In this document: positions 1 through 16,163 of the stretch, piece by piece
Layout: each line of letters starts with the position of its first letter
Numbering within the stretch: the stretch's first letter is position 1
NCBI GenBank assembly: GCA_965153355.1
Contig: OZ231126.1
Location: 25,420,001 to 25,484,000, forward strand
Direction: 5' to 3'
DNA: 64,000 bases
Source: Flaccisagitta enflata
Taxonomy: Eukaryota
The notes under the pieces: model-generated
What the model saw: only the letters and a program-made list of their open reading frames with translations
What the model was told of the DNA's origin: nothing
The model's database searches: none
Made by a program: the position numbers and the translations under genes

Positions 1-4
1 CATT

Positions 5-65
<61 letters not shown>

Positions 66-733
66 CCATCATCAACACTCGTTTATCATAGCTGCCATGG
101 ATGAATAAATGATCTGACATGAAACAAGGCTGGCTTCATTGTACGCTAAATTTGCCGACGGCCCGAGGATTCTTTATTATGATGACTCTTTCATACTTAC
201 TTACTAATTCGTTAATATTCTGATTTTTGCAAGGGTATTTTTGGTCGCGGACACACGACTCTTTACTATGATCGGTCGATCGGATATAAGGCCTTTTGGA
301 CGGGGAATCAAATCAAATCAGGCCTCTTAGACCCCAAATCAAGCCTATCAGACCCAAATTCGGACCTCTAAGACCTCTTTGTAGGGATGGTGTTCGATGG
401 TAATTGATGTAGGGGAAACATTTCAAAGGAGTGTTGGACTTTGGTCACGCTCGAGTCTGGTTGTTATTAGAATGAACTCCAACATTCTGAACTGAATATA
501 ATGGGAGATTATTGGGGAAAGCCAATTGGAATCATGAGAGATTATGGTACAGATGATCGGTAAGAGGGAAAGCCAATTGATCAACCAAGAGCCGGATGAT
601 TAGTTTCCTCACATAGAGATGCGTTGGACGCACCCACACAAATTAAATGCCTAAACAATGAAAACAAAATAAAATGAGGATTGGGTAATGGGGTGAAACC
701 AGAACGAGACCATTGGACATCCAAACAACACGA

Positions 734-924
<191 letters not shown>

Positions 925-1296
925 TAGACGCAAAAGCGAAAGATGGTCAGTGTTAGTTATGGCCATCCTCAGAAAGGGAGTTTGACTGCTGGAGAATGCA
1001 AATGACGCTACCGAGAATTGGTAGCTTATGCAATAGAGAATTCTCTATTGCGTCAAAATAGAAAAGACTTCTCTCATAACTGAGAATTCCTCTCTCTCTC
1101 TCTCCTTTTTCTGCTCTGTCTCTTTCTTTCTTTCTTTTCTTCCTTTCTTTCTATCATTGTTTTTTCCTCTTTTTTTCTTTTTTCCTTCCCTCTTTCTTAC
1201 TTTCCTTTTTTCTTTCATTCATTCATTCTTTCTTTCTTTCTTTTTTTTCTTTTTTTCTTTCTTTCTTTCTTTCTTTCTCACTCACACACAATCACT

Positions 1297-1342
<46 letters not shown>

Positions 1343-3347
1343 TAAAAAATTACACAATTACACAAGTACACAAGTACAATTAATTAAAGCCCAGAATAAC
1401 AGATGTTAGGGAAGCAATAAGTTGGATGGGTGCACTATGTTCTGAAAGCGACTCAAAATAGGACAAAAATCATTTAAATGATTTATTGTATCATAATACT
1501 GTAAAAATACAAAATCAATATAAAAAATATAATTTTTTGTAAAACAAGTCATTTTGTGAGGAAAAAAACATCATTTTTATCAAAAAACATACTGAAAATC
1601 TTTCTTTCATAAAAAACTAGATATCTATCTGGAAGTAATGTGTGAGTGAAGTAATTTATTGATTTTTTATTGATGTTTTAAACATTTATAGCATTATAAA
1701 TATTATATTTTAGCATTTCTAGCATTTCTAACATTTTTAGCATTTTTTATATCACTATGTCTTTTATGACAAAATTCAAATTTATCATATATTCATAAAT
1801 CATATGTATATTTGTAGATCTAAAATTTCTTTCTTCAACTTATGATAAAATTTTTTGATATATTCAAAATAATTATTATGATATAATATCGAAAATGAAT
1901 TTTTCTTTTAATCATTTAATTCTTTATTTCTAAACCATACAGACCATAGTGCCAAAGTGAGTTCAATCAATAAAGAACTTAATGAGATAAGCCACATTTC
2001 AAAAGTTGTATTTACATCATAATCATAAGATCTTCTTCTTCTTTTTCTCTTTTCTCCTTCTTCTTCTTCTTCTTCTTCTTCTTCTTCTTCTTCTTCTTCT
2101 TCTTCTTCTTCTTCTTTATATTCTTCTTCATCTTCTTCTTCTTCTTCTTCTTCTTCTCTTTTCTCCTCCTTCACCTCTTCTTCTACTCCTTGTTCACTTC
2201 CTCTTGACCATTAATTCATCATCAACCTTTGAGAGTTAACTCTCAGAGGCCTGATGGAAGGCCCCATTTGATCCACTTATCACTAAACTTTTAGTTGTGT
2301 GCTACGAGAATTTACAACCTACTCAGTCCATCTGTCTGCAGGGCGGTCAGTTGGTCTATCTCATTTTTTGTAATTTAATATAAATTTAGGATTTTGCTCT
2401 ACATTGTGCACATGTTTAGTCACTCACATTTTTTTACGTTGTTTATTCTTTTAAGTCTCTGTTCCTGCCCAAATGGTCTGTGACCAAAATCAAAGCCACT
2501 TCCTATCTGCATGCAACTGGGGTAGCCGTGTATCTGGCCTTGTTCATAGAATGAAACGAAATATCTGAATTTTCATAAAAAAGAAGATAACTGTTCTGCC
2601 ATTTTTGTGAAAAAAAATTCTATTTTCTCAGGAATCCATAAACCGATTGAGATGAGATTTTACACTGATAAACTTCTAAAAAAATGCCATCAAATGAGTC
2701 CATTCCCAGCATTTTGGCTTAACTAGAAGAAGAATTATGATTTCTGAATATTTGAATATTTCGATGGTTTTGAGTAGATACTTGTCATTTGTGACAAGAT
2801 AGGTCGACTTTTGAGGCCAATAGAGCCCTGGGACGCAAATGGACGCAGGCAAAACCATATATAGGCATGATGAGCACTCAAAATACTTCTAGTTAGTGGT
2901 AGTAGGAACAGTGGCAAGTGCCGGCGTTACTAGTTACAGCAAAGAATAGCTGAAAATTGCAAAAAAGAGAAGAAACACAAAAAAGGAGAGGTAAAAAGGG
3001 GGGTAAAATAAAGATTCGGTTGCTTAACGACATATACTCTAAAAAAGTATCCTTGGGGGGTCACATTGATGGATCAGTTGGTTTGAAACTCCTATCAGAA
3101 TGTGTAAAGTCTCTATTAAAAGAAAGGCTTAAAAAAATGGAAAAAATTGAAAAAACTGGAACAAGTGGGCTTTCAGAGGGGCCTGCTCGGACCCTACCAA
3201 GTGAAAATCGATTTTTCCTTTCGATATGAATTAATGAGATCATGTACTTGCCCAGTCTGTAACAAAAAAACGATTTTGAAAGAGTCACTTTTTGCCGATC
3301 TGGCAGATTAATAACCAAAAAATCCATTTTCTGGGAAGACAGTGGGG

Positions 3348-3421
<74 letters not shown>

Positions 3422-4206
3422 CTCAGTAGTGTCAATTATTAGATTCCAAATCATCACAATAGAGAATGGATATTGACGCTACGGAGAATTCTCAGTAGCG
3501 TCAAAATGTGTAGTTGTCATTGTTGACGCTACCGAGAATTCTCGGTAGCGTTAGCCACTCCTCAGAAAGCATCACTGAAGTGGTAAGACTGTCATTGGCC
3601 CATAAGGGACTGATAGCTTGTACTTTCAGGAAGGGATTTGGGCATTGAAGCTAGAAATGGGCCAATTGGCCATGTAGTGGAAATTTGGACCGCAAGGCGG
3701 GGATTTGTTATTTGGTGTTTGAGCTTTGAGGCTACGTTTGGAGCTTTCAGGCAGAGATTAGGTTTTGAAGGCTCACCTTTTGGCCTGAAGTCTAGGATTT
3801 AGTATTCACGACTAAGATCTAGGTATTTGGACAGATATTTTCGCCTCGAGATTATGGTTTAAACAAAGAGCTATATTTCAGGTCCAGAATTTTTTATTTG
3901 GGCACTGGAAACAAAATTTGGGCCTCACAATAGATATTTGAGATCTAACATTAAAATCCTAACCTGGGATAAAAGATTTGGGGCTTCAAGCCTGAGGGGA
4001 GGGGACTTGCCCGTATGTTAGAATGTTACAGGTTATCGGCCTTGTCGAAGCCGCTGCCCAAAAAAAGAAAGAGAGATTGTAAAGTTTCCTGTTTTTGCTG
4101 AGATATTCGGCTTCGGTTCTGCGGCTGTCGTGAGACTTGGTGATTAATGACGCCTCAGGGACGAGAAAAACTTCGCGCTCCTCATCAAACACAAGAATTC
4201 AATTTC

Positions 4207-4413
<207 letters not shown>

Positions 4414-5589
4414 TTTCAAAACGTTTGAAATGGATGTCTTTTAAAAAATGTGTTGCCAACTCATTTGTTTCATTTCATTTGATTATTGGGTTCTGCCTGT
4501 GTTCTGATGTGTGCCTGCGTACTTGTCAAACAGTCTGCCTGACATAGTTGCAAGATGTTCGCCTGTGTGCTTGCCTACTTTTCGGGCGGCCTTTCTGTAT
4601 GTTGACTCTCCTGCTTAGCCGGCCTGTCGAACATCCTAATTGTCCTACTTTTGAAAGCTATTTAGTTTTCATTCGGTTGCTCATTCCAACGTTTATGCGA
4701 ACTTGTTTCTTTTCTCACTTGCGATGACCCTCTATCACATTTCGCCTAATTGACTTTTAAAAGGCTCCCTTAAATAGACATTTATCTCATCTCTTTACAT
4801 TTTTCTTTACTGGTTCATCGTGACATCGCGATGCTCTCTCTCTCTCGACCTTCATGACCCTGTTGTAAATCACTACTTAGCGCTCGTGACTGATTACTGT
4901 TGGCATGCCTTTAAAACCAGGGGAGACACTTATTTTAAGTCCCCACAATGATGAATCTTAAGAGGAGAATGATTAAATCATGTAGAAGGTGATGATCCAC
5001 ATTTTGATTGGGCTTGGTCCGTCGATCTATCGGTTACAAGATTCACCACACGCTAGTGCTAGGTTAACCTACAAAAAGCCGTTTCTGTGGACTCCGATTT
5101 TTACTGTATCTCCTGCGAAAGAAATGTCTTATCCTCGCATCCTCTGGTCTCGCAGTAAATGTCTGAATCTCTTCGGTCCTAAAGAATCTCCTCTCTAACC
5201 CGGGCTGAGAACGGGGAGAATTGCCGAGGAATACCAATGAATGGACAAACGGACCAATCAACACTGATAGCGATGAACTGAGTAGAGTGCACGCCACTAA
5301 AAAAGAAAAAAATTCCAATAACGAAAAAAAATGACGACTTTGGCCCACCTAATCGACGAACTTGATTCGTTTCTAATTATATACTTTTTTTTTCTTTTTA
5401 ACACAATTCAGATTTGTCATCGAAGGCGATTCGTCAACCAGACGGTCTTCATTTCTCCTCATCCTCCTCGTCTTCCGCCTCATCCTTCTACTCGTCCTCC
5501 TCATCCTCCTCTTCCTCCTCATTCTCATCCGTTGATCATCCTGGGCCGTCTGGGCGAAGGCGGCGGCAGAAGAGATGACACTAAATAAC

Positions 5590-5950
5590 TGTCACGGCAT
5601 CTATGGCACTCAAACAAGGACATGAAGTACAACGGATGACGCCTCTAATCACAGCATCAACGACAATCAAACAAGGACAGGAAGTACAACAGATAATGCA
5701 AAGAGTCACGGCATCTAGTCACAGCATCAACGAAATTTGAGGACATGAAGTAAAATGGATCTTTACTTGCATTGAGTCGTGGCATCTACACCATTTAAGC
5801 AAGGACATAAATGTGAATTGGATTATGCGTCTAATCGCAGCATCAACGACTATCAAACACGACATGAAGCAGAATAGATCTCGCATTGAATCACGGTATT
5901 AACAACAATCAATCAGGGACAAAAAAGTCAAGTGGTTCATGCATTTATTC
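5590..5950 (+). repeat. Degenerate ~57-bp minisatellite
   Basis: Recurrent cacagcatcaacgac and aaggacatgaagta. Confidence 0.65.
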
Positions 5951-6031
5951 AAACAAGGATTAGAACGGAGTCTTGGAAGCTAAGGTCACAAAAAGGACTA
6001 AAAATACAATGGACCAATCGTTCAGTCACCG

Positions 6032-6286
6032 AATCTTGAGGGTAGCAGCAGGGATTATCCCGAGAGTGGCTCTATAAGTAATCAGATTTCAAATTTAATA
6101 AAAAAAAATAATTATTCCAATTTCACTTCCCATGGCTATTGTGATGATCTTGGTTAAATGCGGAACTGGTTGATGTCACAACTGCAACGGAAACGATGAA
6201 GAAGAACGTCATTCGGTTTCCACCCTCACTCGGTGTAGTTCGTCCCACAGTGCAGCGATCATTACAGATTTACTATGATGCATTAA
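6032..6286 (+). repeat. ~250-bp direct repeat, second copy at 11848-12097
   Basis: aatcttgagggtagcagc...ttactatgatgcattaa occurs twice with scattered differences. Confidence 0.9.
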
Positions 6287-6500
6287 CAAGGCCGGATACA
6301 CGGCTACCCCAGTCGCGTGCGAGTGGGCAGGGGCCTCAATTGAGGTCACCAGATCATTTGGGCAGGTGCAGTGAGAAAAAAAAAACCAAAAACCCCAAAA
6401 AAGTAAAGTGTGACCAACAGACGGACGGACGGACGGACCAACGGACGGACCGACGGACCGACAAAGCGGGGTGTAGAGTCGCGTAGCACGCGACTAAAAA
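6285..6500 (-). mobile_element. HINE-like family 1 copy
   Basis: Full-length reverse-complement match to 25512-25736. Confidence 0.8.
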
Positions 6501-7274
6501 GACAGTTATTTCAATTCATTCCTACGCCCTCATTTTATTGATCTGCTTAAAATCCTTTTAGGTAGTAACAGTATATCAAATTACCTACTCAGCAAAAAAT
6601 CAGAACTCAAAAATGTTATTTTTTGAGCCCGTGGCATCACTTTTTCTGAAAAAACATCAAGCAAAAAAGAGAGGAAAAAAGCCTCATCTTTACAACTTTC
6701 TGAAATTCATTTTGACAGCTATTACAAAAAATGATACTATGGGCGCAAAAATCAACTTTTATGAGTTCTGATTTTTTTGCTGAGTAGGAAATTCGACATA
6801 CTATGAACTCTTAAAAAGATTTGTGGCCATTTAAAAAAAATAAGCGCGCAGTAACAATTGTAAGTCAAGTAAAGATATTAATCAGTGGGCAAATCATTAT
6901 CTGACTAATTTCACAAAAAATGATGCTGTGGGCACAAGAATCAACTTTTTTGAGTTCCGATTTTTTTGCTGAGTCACAAATTTGTCATTTTATTACCACC
7001 TCAAAGGATTTCAAGTTATTCAAAAAAATGGGCTTGTAGCAGTATTTTGAAAATCACTGTCTTTTTTTTTTTTTTGGCCATAGTTATTTCTAAAATGACC
7101 GACGAAAATTTCTGATGACATATTTTGACATATTAACTTTTGACATATTAACTTTTGAAGCTTACAGCCCAGGCGGAACATCAGATGAAGTACTAGCAAA
7201 AAACGAAATCCCTCACTATATCTATTTTTGTTCAGTAAATGTGTTTTCTCCTCAAGTGGGCGTAAAATTTTGTC

Positions 7275-7650
7275 TTCGGCAGTTCCACACCAAATTGTCC
7301 TTCCATGTTGCGTCACGCTAGTTTGTACCAAGCTGTACTGCACACACCGTGCTACAACAAATTGACTTGTTGTATCCCACCATGTTGTACTGCGCCGACA
7401 TGTGCTACGTTATGTTATACCACACCAAATCGTCCCCTGCAATGTCGTATGCAGCATATTGTGTCGCAATCTGTTTTACCACTCCATGTTGCTCTGCGCA
7501 GACATGTACTACGTTATGTTGTACTATACCAAATTGTCTCGTGCAATGTTGTATGCAGCATATTGTGTCGCGATCTGTTGAACTACTCCATGTCGTACTG
7601 CGCTGACATATACTACGTTATGTGGTACCACACCAAATTGTCCTGCGCTA
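7275..7650 (+). repeat. Minisatellite, ~105-bp unit
   Basis: Recurrent caccaaattgtc and gtatgcagcatattgtgtcgc. Confidence 0.7.
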
Positions 7651-10039
7651 TTTTTGCCACGCGCGCGATAAAGCGCGTCAGCGTTATCATAATAGAACTC
7701 AATTAGCATAAAAGTGGAACTAAATGTCATTTCTTTATTGAAAGAGCGGCTGATCTTTCTTACGCGCTTTTATCATTTTAAGTTAACTGTGCACATTTGT
7801 ATCCCGACTTATTATTGAACTTTCTGTCAATAAAAACTGACATTTTGCATGGGCAGACCGAAAGTCGATGGCGCTTTTCAAAAACGATGGATAATTAAGG
7901 GACTCATTTGGTCAGTGGACAAAACACTATCTAGATGTCTATAAATCGTTATCTATATAGGCTAATGTCACAATCTCTTTTCGACGTGAGAACCCGACTT
8001 ACCACCACGTTATCAGTGTTTCCGCAATGTCTATTGCATTGTGACAAAATTTTATAGTTTGATGACCTACCTAACTACCAGGATTATCTTGCCAAACCAT
8101 TTTTTGTGACCACCCCTACCCCTAGGAGGCCTAAAAATAAGGTCAAAATGGCCACATTGGCATGTCCGGATTTTGTCCGGACAAGCAGATAACAAGCAAA
8201 CCCTATCAAAAAATAGATTATCTGATCATTTCTCAGCTTTTAATCAGTTGTCATCGATCCAATATGATGTACAAAAAATTTCATCCCACTGCGCAAATTT
8301 TCAGTTGTTCAAATATCATATTATTATCAAATTTTGATACTTCTAACTGTTTCGCCTTTTCATGGCAAAATCTGAGTATGCCAATTATCTTTTTTTAAAA
8401 CACTATCAATTCTCAAAGCTTATCTCTTTTCAGGTTTCTATTTAATAGTGGACTACTTGAAGGACATATACTCCAAATTTCATGCCACTGTGACGCCCCA
8501 ATCCCGCGTAATGACACTTTTCTCCAAGCGTGATTATTCCGCACACCCCCCCAGCTCTTCTGTCACGCTCATGTCACGCTTAAAGTCTGTCACTGTCACG
8601 CCATTGTGAAACTGATGATGGAAATTTGAATGACACGATGAGAAAGAGCATGAAATTTTACCTCTACACTGAAAATTTCAGGTCTTAACTCCCGGGCATT
8701 CAGCCATAATGAAATTTTCAATGTGATTGGTTGGTAAATTGTTGCAGAATAATCACGCTTCACGATGAATCTTCGTAGTTAATTCTTTGTTATCAGCGCA
8801 TGTATGCACTCCCAGCAAAATGGTATTGCAAAAAAATCATGAAATGCCCATATCTTGGAAACCCTTTGAGAGAGACTAAAGATTTCTTGCATGGATCAGT
8901 ACTGTACTGAAACGATTACAAACAGAGCTTTTGGTGCATCTCGGACACATCTAACCAACCCAACCAGCCCAGCCAGCCTTCCACCCAAAAAATAAAAAAA
9001 CGGCATAACTTCTAAAGTATTTGTCCGATTTGGCTGAAATTTTGCACATTTGTCCTTTCAGAGAATGCCCACTTAAATTGATCATTGGAGGAATATTTAG
9101 TTAATTTTTGCCAACTGGCCCGACCGGCCAAAAAAGCTGCTTATAGAGAATTTTCAAAAAAATTGAAATCTTGATTTTTTTTTCAGCAGAATTGGGTCCA
9201 ATTGAATTCTTGAACTGTGATTTAGTCAAATATTCACATTTTTTGGGTTTTGCTGGCTATAACAACTCAATTTTTGCTTATTTTCGATCATTATTTGTTG
9301 CATTTCAGCCTAATTTACATGAAAATCGAGGATCAGTAACAAAATTCAGTTTTTGAGCCATGTTCATATTGACATAAGCTATCTGATTATGAATGTTTTT
9401 GTCAAATTTTCTCAATTTTGAAATTGACCTTTTTCGCTATCTCGCAAAAAAGAGATTATAGAAACAGCCTATATGTCGTTAGTATTGATCCAACTTACTG
9501 GTAATAATAAAAAAATTGTTTGCAACAATCAGTTGTTAAAATTACAGCAAGCTGTAATTAACAAAATGTTGTATACAACAACTGAGTATTTGAAGTAATT
9601 ACAGCCTGCTGTATTGCTACAATTCTATAACTTTACAGTCAGGTGTTATTTCAACCATAAGTTGTTTTAATGGAAAAAAGTCGAATTACGTAATTCGACT
9701 TTTTGAAACCTAGGAGAAAAATGAAGTTTTCCATTTTAAGGTTGCGGCAATTTCTGAAAGTTGGGTATTTTTGGTGCTGGGAGTATACATCTTTTGATAT
9801 TCATAGCTAACAAAGAGCTAATTTTTTCTTTCGAATGGCGCCAACCAAAAGTCTCTACGATTAATAATTTTGGTGTTTTGAATTTTTCAATATTTTTTTA
9901 TTTTTTCACATTTTTGAAAAATCGATTTTTGTCATTGATCCAAATTTGCAGCCCTAGGTAACAAAGGAAAAGAATAAATCTATTACGCAAATTGACTCCA
10001 ATTTTTATGACGCTAGCTTTGGCGTTTTAATCTGCTTGA

Positions 10040-10737
<698 letters not shown>

Positions 10738-10743
10738 AAAACA

Positions 10744-11363
10744 TAACAGTAGCGACAAAAAATTTGATACAAAACTTATGGGCACAATCCATTGATTTTT
10801 TACAACTTTGGGTAATATTCAATATCAAACAAAGTATTATTTCAAAATTTATTGAAAGTACTTCAAAAGCTGACTTTGTGCGGGTTGGTCGGTCCTTTGG
10901 TTTGACCTCAGTATTGAGTTAATCTGCGGAGGCTATAATTTTACTACTCTGGATTTGAATTTATATCAAAAAACTTTGCATCTGTTTTTCACTACTCCAG
11001 CTTGAATTACCTTTAAAAAACCTAAAAATCTACAATTTCAAAATACAATAGGTTAGCAGATGAAATAATGGACCAAATATAAGCCTGACACAGCAGCACT
11101 AAGATCCAGGGAGAAAAAATGATGAACTGAAGGATTTATAGATAAAATTCTCCCAAAAGGATAATCCTTTGACTAACATGATTAAGATCATTACTGTGCC
11201 TAAACAAAAAGAGCAAAAAACCTCCACAAGGTCAGCTTTTGAAGCTCTTTGGAAGATTTTTCAAAAAAGATTCATTTGGGTATTGATAAAATACTTTAGA
11301 TTAGCCATATATGCATACAAGATGGAGATCAACTTTGTATCAAATTTTCTGTTGCTACTGTTA
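10744..11363. mobile_element. MITE with long imperfect TIRs
   Basis: TAACAGTAGCGACAAAAAATTTGATACAAA / TTTGTATCAAATTTTCTGTTGCTACTGTTA, plus an inner inverted block CTTCAAAAGCTGAC / GTCAGCTTTTGAAG. Confidence 0.7.
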
Positions 11364-11632
11364 CTCAAAGACCAAGAGGAAGAAGAGACACAGAGAGACA
11401 GAGATTGAATAACAAAAACAGTCAAGCAATCAACCAGACATCATAAGATGCACACACAAAAAAACATGCAAAGAGAGAGAAAAAGACCCATTTACGACTT
11501 TTTTCCAGTCGGCGAGAGCCGCCTTTATTAGTACAATATTTAGTTAATTATCACCAAGTTGGATCAAAGTTAATGGTATGATATATACACATATAGCGTT
11601 TTCTCTAATGACTGTTTAATCATACCTGAAAT

Positions 11633-11849
11633 AACAAGGCCGGATACACGGCTCCCAAGTCGCCTACGGGTGGGCAGGGGCCGTATTTGAGGTCCCTTGA
11701 TCACTTGGGCAGGAGCAGTGAGGCCAAAGACCGCAAAAAAAACAAAAAAACTAAAGTGTGACGGACCAAAGGACGGACAGACCGACGGACGGACGGACCG
11801 ACGGACCTACAAAGCGGGGTGTAGAGTCGTGTAGCACGCGACTAAAAAA
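11633..11849 (-). mobile_element. HINE-like family 1 copy
   Basis: Full-length match with both termini. Confidence 0.8.
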
Positions 11850-12502
11850 TCTTGAGGGTAGCAGCAGGGACTATCCCGAGAGTGGCTCGATAAGTAATCA
11901 GATTTCAAATTGAAAAAAAAATTATTCCAATTTCACTTCCCATGGCTATTGTGATGATTTTGGTTAAATGCGAATCCTGGCGGATGTCACAACTGCAACG
12001 GAAACGATGAAGAAAAACGTCATTCGGTCTCCACCCTCACTCGGTGTAGTTCGTCCCACAGTGCAGCGATCATTGCAGATTTACTATGATGCATTAAAAA
12101 AACTTACCCAATATGTCATCAATTTCTCCTTTTAATGAAGAAGCATTATTCCCCCTCAGATAAGATAACTTTATATAGTTCTTTGTGGTATTTCATTATT
12201 TAATCAACTGAACTGCAAACCTACCGACCTATTGAAAAAATGGAATTCAGTAATTAACGTCGAAAAGAACGAGGCTCCCTCAGAGAGAAAGAGAGAGAGA
12301 GAGATGTATCAATGTGTGTTTTATTATGACTTTGATGAAGTTCTACTTTTTAAAGAAACAATACTTAATGTCATTTTAATTGCTTTTCTGAGTTCCACCT
12401 CCTGTCTGTTATGAACGATCAGCCATTGGACCTGACACGACTTAGCCCTTGTTATGACAGCTTTTCCCTTTGCATTGTAGCGATCTCTCTCCGTGTGTTC
12501 TT

Positions 12503-12592
<90 letters not shown>

Positions 12593-12948
12593 CGGCGGAT
12601 TGATATTGGTGGAACCTTGCATACAAAAAAGTGTGTGTGTGTGTGTGATCACGACTTGGGTAGCATTGTATTTGGTCTCGTTTAAGAACTGATTTGTCAA
12701 ATATACAGTTAAATCTCTCTCTAGTGGATTTAAAGGGACAGACTAATTCAATCTATCATAGGCGGGATTCCTTATGAGCTGATACAAGAAAAAAAACATA
12801 CAAGTTCAAGGGAATTCCGAGCGGTTTTTGCATTACTGCTCCTGCCCATTCGTCCGCGACTGGATTGCCGTGTATCCGGCCTTGTTGTGTTTGCTTCAGC
12901 ATGGCGCGTCTAAACTATGGTCGGTTTGCAAATGTCTTCAACTTTGTT

Positions 12949-13030
<82 letters not shown>

Positions 13031-13220
13031 CATTTGTTTATGTGTCTATTTGTCCTGTTTTGGTTGGAAATATGCTGTTGCTTTTGTGTTTTTTCTCTGT
13101 CTTTGTCTTTGTCTTTCTGTCTTTCTGTCATTTCTGCCTCGTTCTTTCAATACTATTGAATCAATAGTGATCATTTTACGTCAGTCCCTCTGTCTCTCTA
13201 TTTGAGTTAGGTCATCTGTC

Positions 13221-13273
<53 letters not shown>

Positions 13274-13284
13274 AGAGGCTGTCA

Positions 13285-14130
13285 ATGACTTTGCTATCAA
13301 AAGACAGCTTGAGTGGGGTGTTGACAAATGCAAAGTCATGGAAATTGGGAGACATAAAGAAAGGAAAACCAGCTGGAACTTGGGTGAAAAAACCATCAGT
13401 AACTGTGAAACATACTGTTACCTTGGAGAAGTTATCTCAAGAGATGGAAGAAATAAAGCCAACCTTGCTGAAAGATTTAAAAAGATAAAAGGGTCAGTGA
13501 GGGCAATTATGACTAGTGCTAAGACTGGCATCATGAAACGAATTCATACAAATGTCCTCTTGAGGCTACATGAGGCAGAAACTCTCCCCAAGTTAATCCA
13601 CAATGCAGAGACATGGACAGTGAATGGAGAAGAAAAGAAGGAAGCTGACAAAATGTTGTTGTGGACATGGAAGCAAATGCTTGGACTACCAACTACTACA
13701 CCAACACCAGCAGTCATTTTTGCACCAGGCTCACTTTATGCAGTGATCCAAATGCATATAAAGCAACTCCTCTCCCTTTACAAGATTCTGCAAAAAGATG
13801 AAGAGCAGTGGGCATATGAGTCATTAAAAGTCCTAGAATCATATGATACTCAGATGGGCCAGCAGGATAAATGGAGTAATTGATCAATGGGACCTTGAAA
13901 AGACTGGGATAAAATTGAAAAAGACTAAAATGAGTGCGCGAAAAGAAAGTTGAAGAAGCTGAAAAAGCGACAGAGCGGCTCGAGCTGAGTTGCCTGCCAC
14001 GAAAAGAGGGAGTGTCGAAAACAAGACAAAAACTCAAACGATCCTACAGACAATAAATAATACTGACCTCAGCGAAAACCTTTAGAGATAATGAACTATG
14101 GTTCAGTAATAACTAAAACGATATTATGGG
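13285..14130 (+). mobile_element. Degenerate non-LTR retrotransposon ORF2 fragment (RT C-terminal region), present only in copy A
   Basis: KCKVMEIG...ETYCYLGEVIS...LLRLHEAETLPKLIHNAETW resembles the RT domain 7 (YLG) and thumb region of LINEs; frameshifted downstream. Confidence 0.75.
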
Positions 14131-14619
14131 TCTTTATGGGATGTTAGGTTGCAATGCGATTTTTTAAATGTGGCGATAGAATAAATTTACTATAGGTATT
14201 ATATTGGGTAAGTGAAAGCCACACGTATAAACTACTGTGTAAGTATAAAAAATTACTTGTATGATATGATGAAAAAATTGATTTTGAACAAATTCTTACA
14301 TTAGACATAAGCAGATGCAGTAAATAAGTCATTATAAAATGGGATTTTAGGATATCGTGGGGAAAAGAACAGATGTGACAAAACCCTAAATTAGAAGTAG
14401 GCAGAAGTACAAGCCACTTATTTATTTCTTTATTGTATTATTCTGAAATTATTGGTTGTTACGTAATCATACGTAAGATATATTATGGGCAACAAATTAT
14501 CGGCATTAGAGTGAAAATGTGAGTCTAAATCATGTCCTTGTACTTAATCACAATGTGGATTTTTGTACGAAAGTGCTATCACTTTAATGGACCATTAAAT
14601 TCAAATTCAAATTCAATTC

Positions 14620-14719
<100 letters not shown>

Positions 14720-14914
14720 GCTTCAGCTCTTTTTCTCTTCTTCTTCTCCGTTTCATTCAAATTTGAAATTCAGTCTGAATTTTAAATCAGTCTAAAGCGG
14801 AGATACAATCGAGGACTAACAGCCCGCGCTTCCCGACAGACCGTCACCGACATTCTTTTCTATTTCTAACTGTTCCTCCCATTTCACACTCCTCCTCCTC
14901 TTCCTCTTTCCTAT

Positions 14915-15006
<92 letters not shown>

Positions 15007-15025
15007 ACTCTCACTACTCTCTCTT

Positions 15026-15058
<33 letters not shown>

Positions 15059-15063
15059 ATATA

Positions 15064-15166
<103 letters not shown>

Positions 15167-16104
15167 TACAGCACCATGAGCCCCTCCTCTTCCATAGAAA
15201 TCTTTCCTCCATCTCTTTTCTTTCGTTCTTTCTTTTTCTCTCTCTTTTCTTTTTTCCTTTTTTCCTTTCTTCTTTTTTCATTCTGTTTCCCTTTTTTCGC
15301 GCATTTTTTTTTCTCTTTCCTTTTTTTTCTCTCTTCTCTTTTTTTCTCTCTAGCTCTCTCTCCTTCTCTTCTTTTCACTCTTTTTTTGTTCTCTCTATCT
15401 TTTTTTCTGCTTCTTCCTTATTTCAGACGGCTCCCCCTTTTTTTCACAACCATCACATCTTCGAATGATTTATGAGGTTTTTCATCCTAGATCAAAGAAT
15501 CACGCCAAGCCAAGTCCTCCTTCACAACTTTTTTCTTCTTTTCCTTTTTTTTTCATTTTATATCATTGAGAAGTGCGAGAATTGCAAAATGTGTTTTAGA
15601 GGTAAACCGATGCATAAAGCAGGAGAAACATCACCGGATGCAACGCCAAAAAGTAGTCGCTCGCGGATGGGAAGGGGCAATGATGTAGGTGGGCAGGGGT
15701 AGTTTGTGGATGGACGGGGATGTTATGTGGTTGGGCAGGGGCAGAAATGCTCAGAAATAACTTTTTTTGCCGATTTCACGCCGTCAAAATTTTAGCGTAA
15801 CGAATGTGCGGACGGACCTATGGACACACCCACTTTTAGAGTCGCTTAGCAAGCGACCAAAAAGGGAAAAAGAAGGAGAAATAAAAGGAGGAATTTAAAA
15901 AAAAAAAAAGAGAGAATAAAATTGAAATTCAATTTAGCACCTCGTGTGTTGCAGAAAGTGAAAGAAGGGGGAAAAGCGGATAATGAATTGCATACGATGG
16001 AATTTTTTTTGCTACCGTTTGCATTATATTGCTAACGCGAGGAAAGAATCAAATTAGAATGTATGATGATGGTAACAAAAACAACGATACCAACAACAAA
16101 ACAT

Positions 16105-16163
<59 letters not shown>

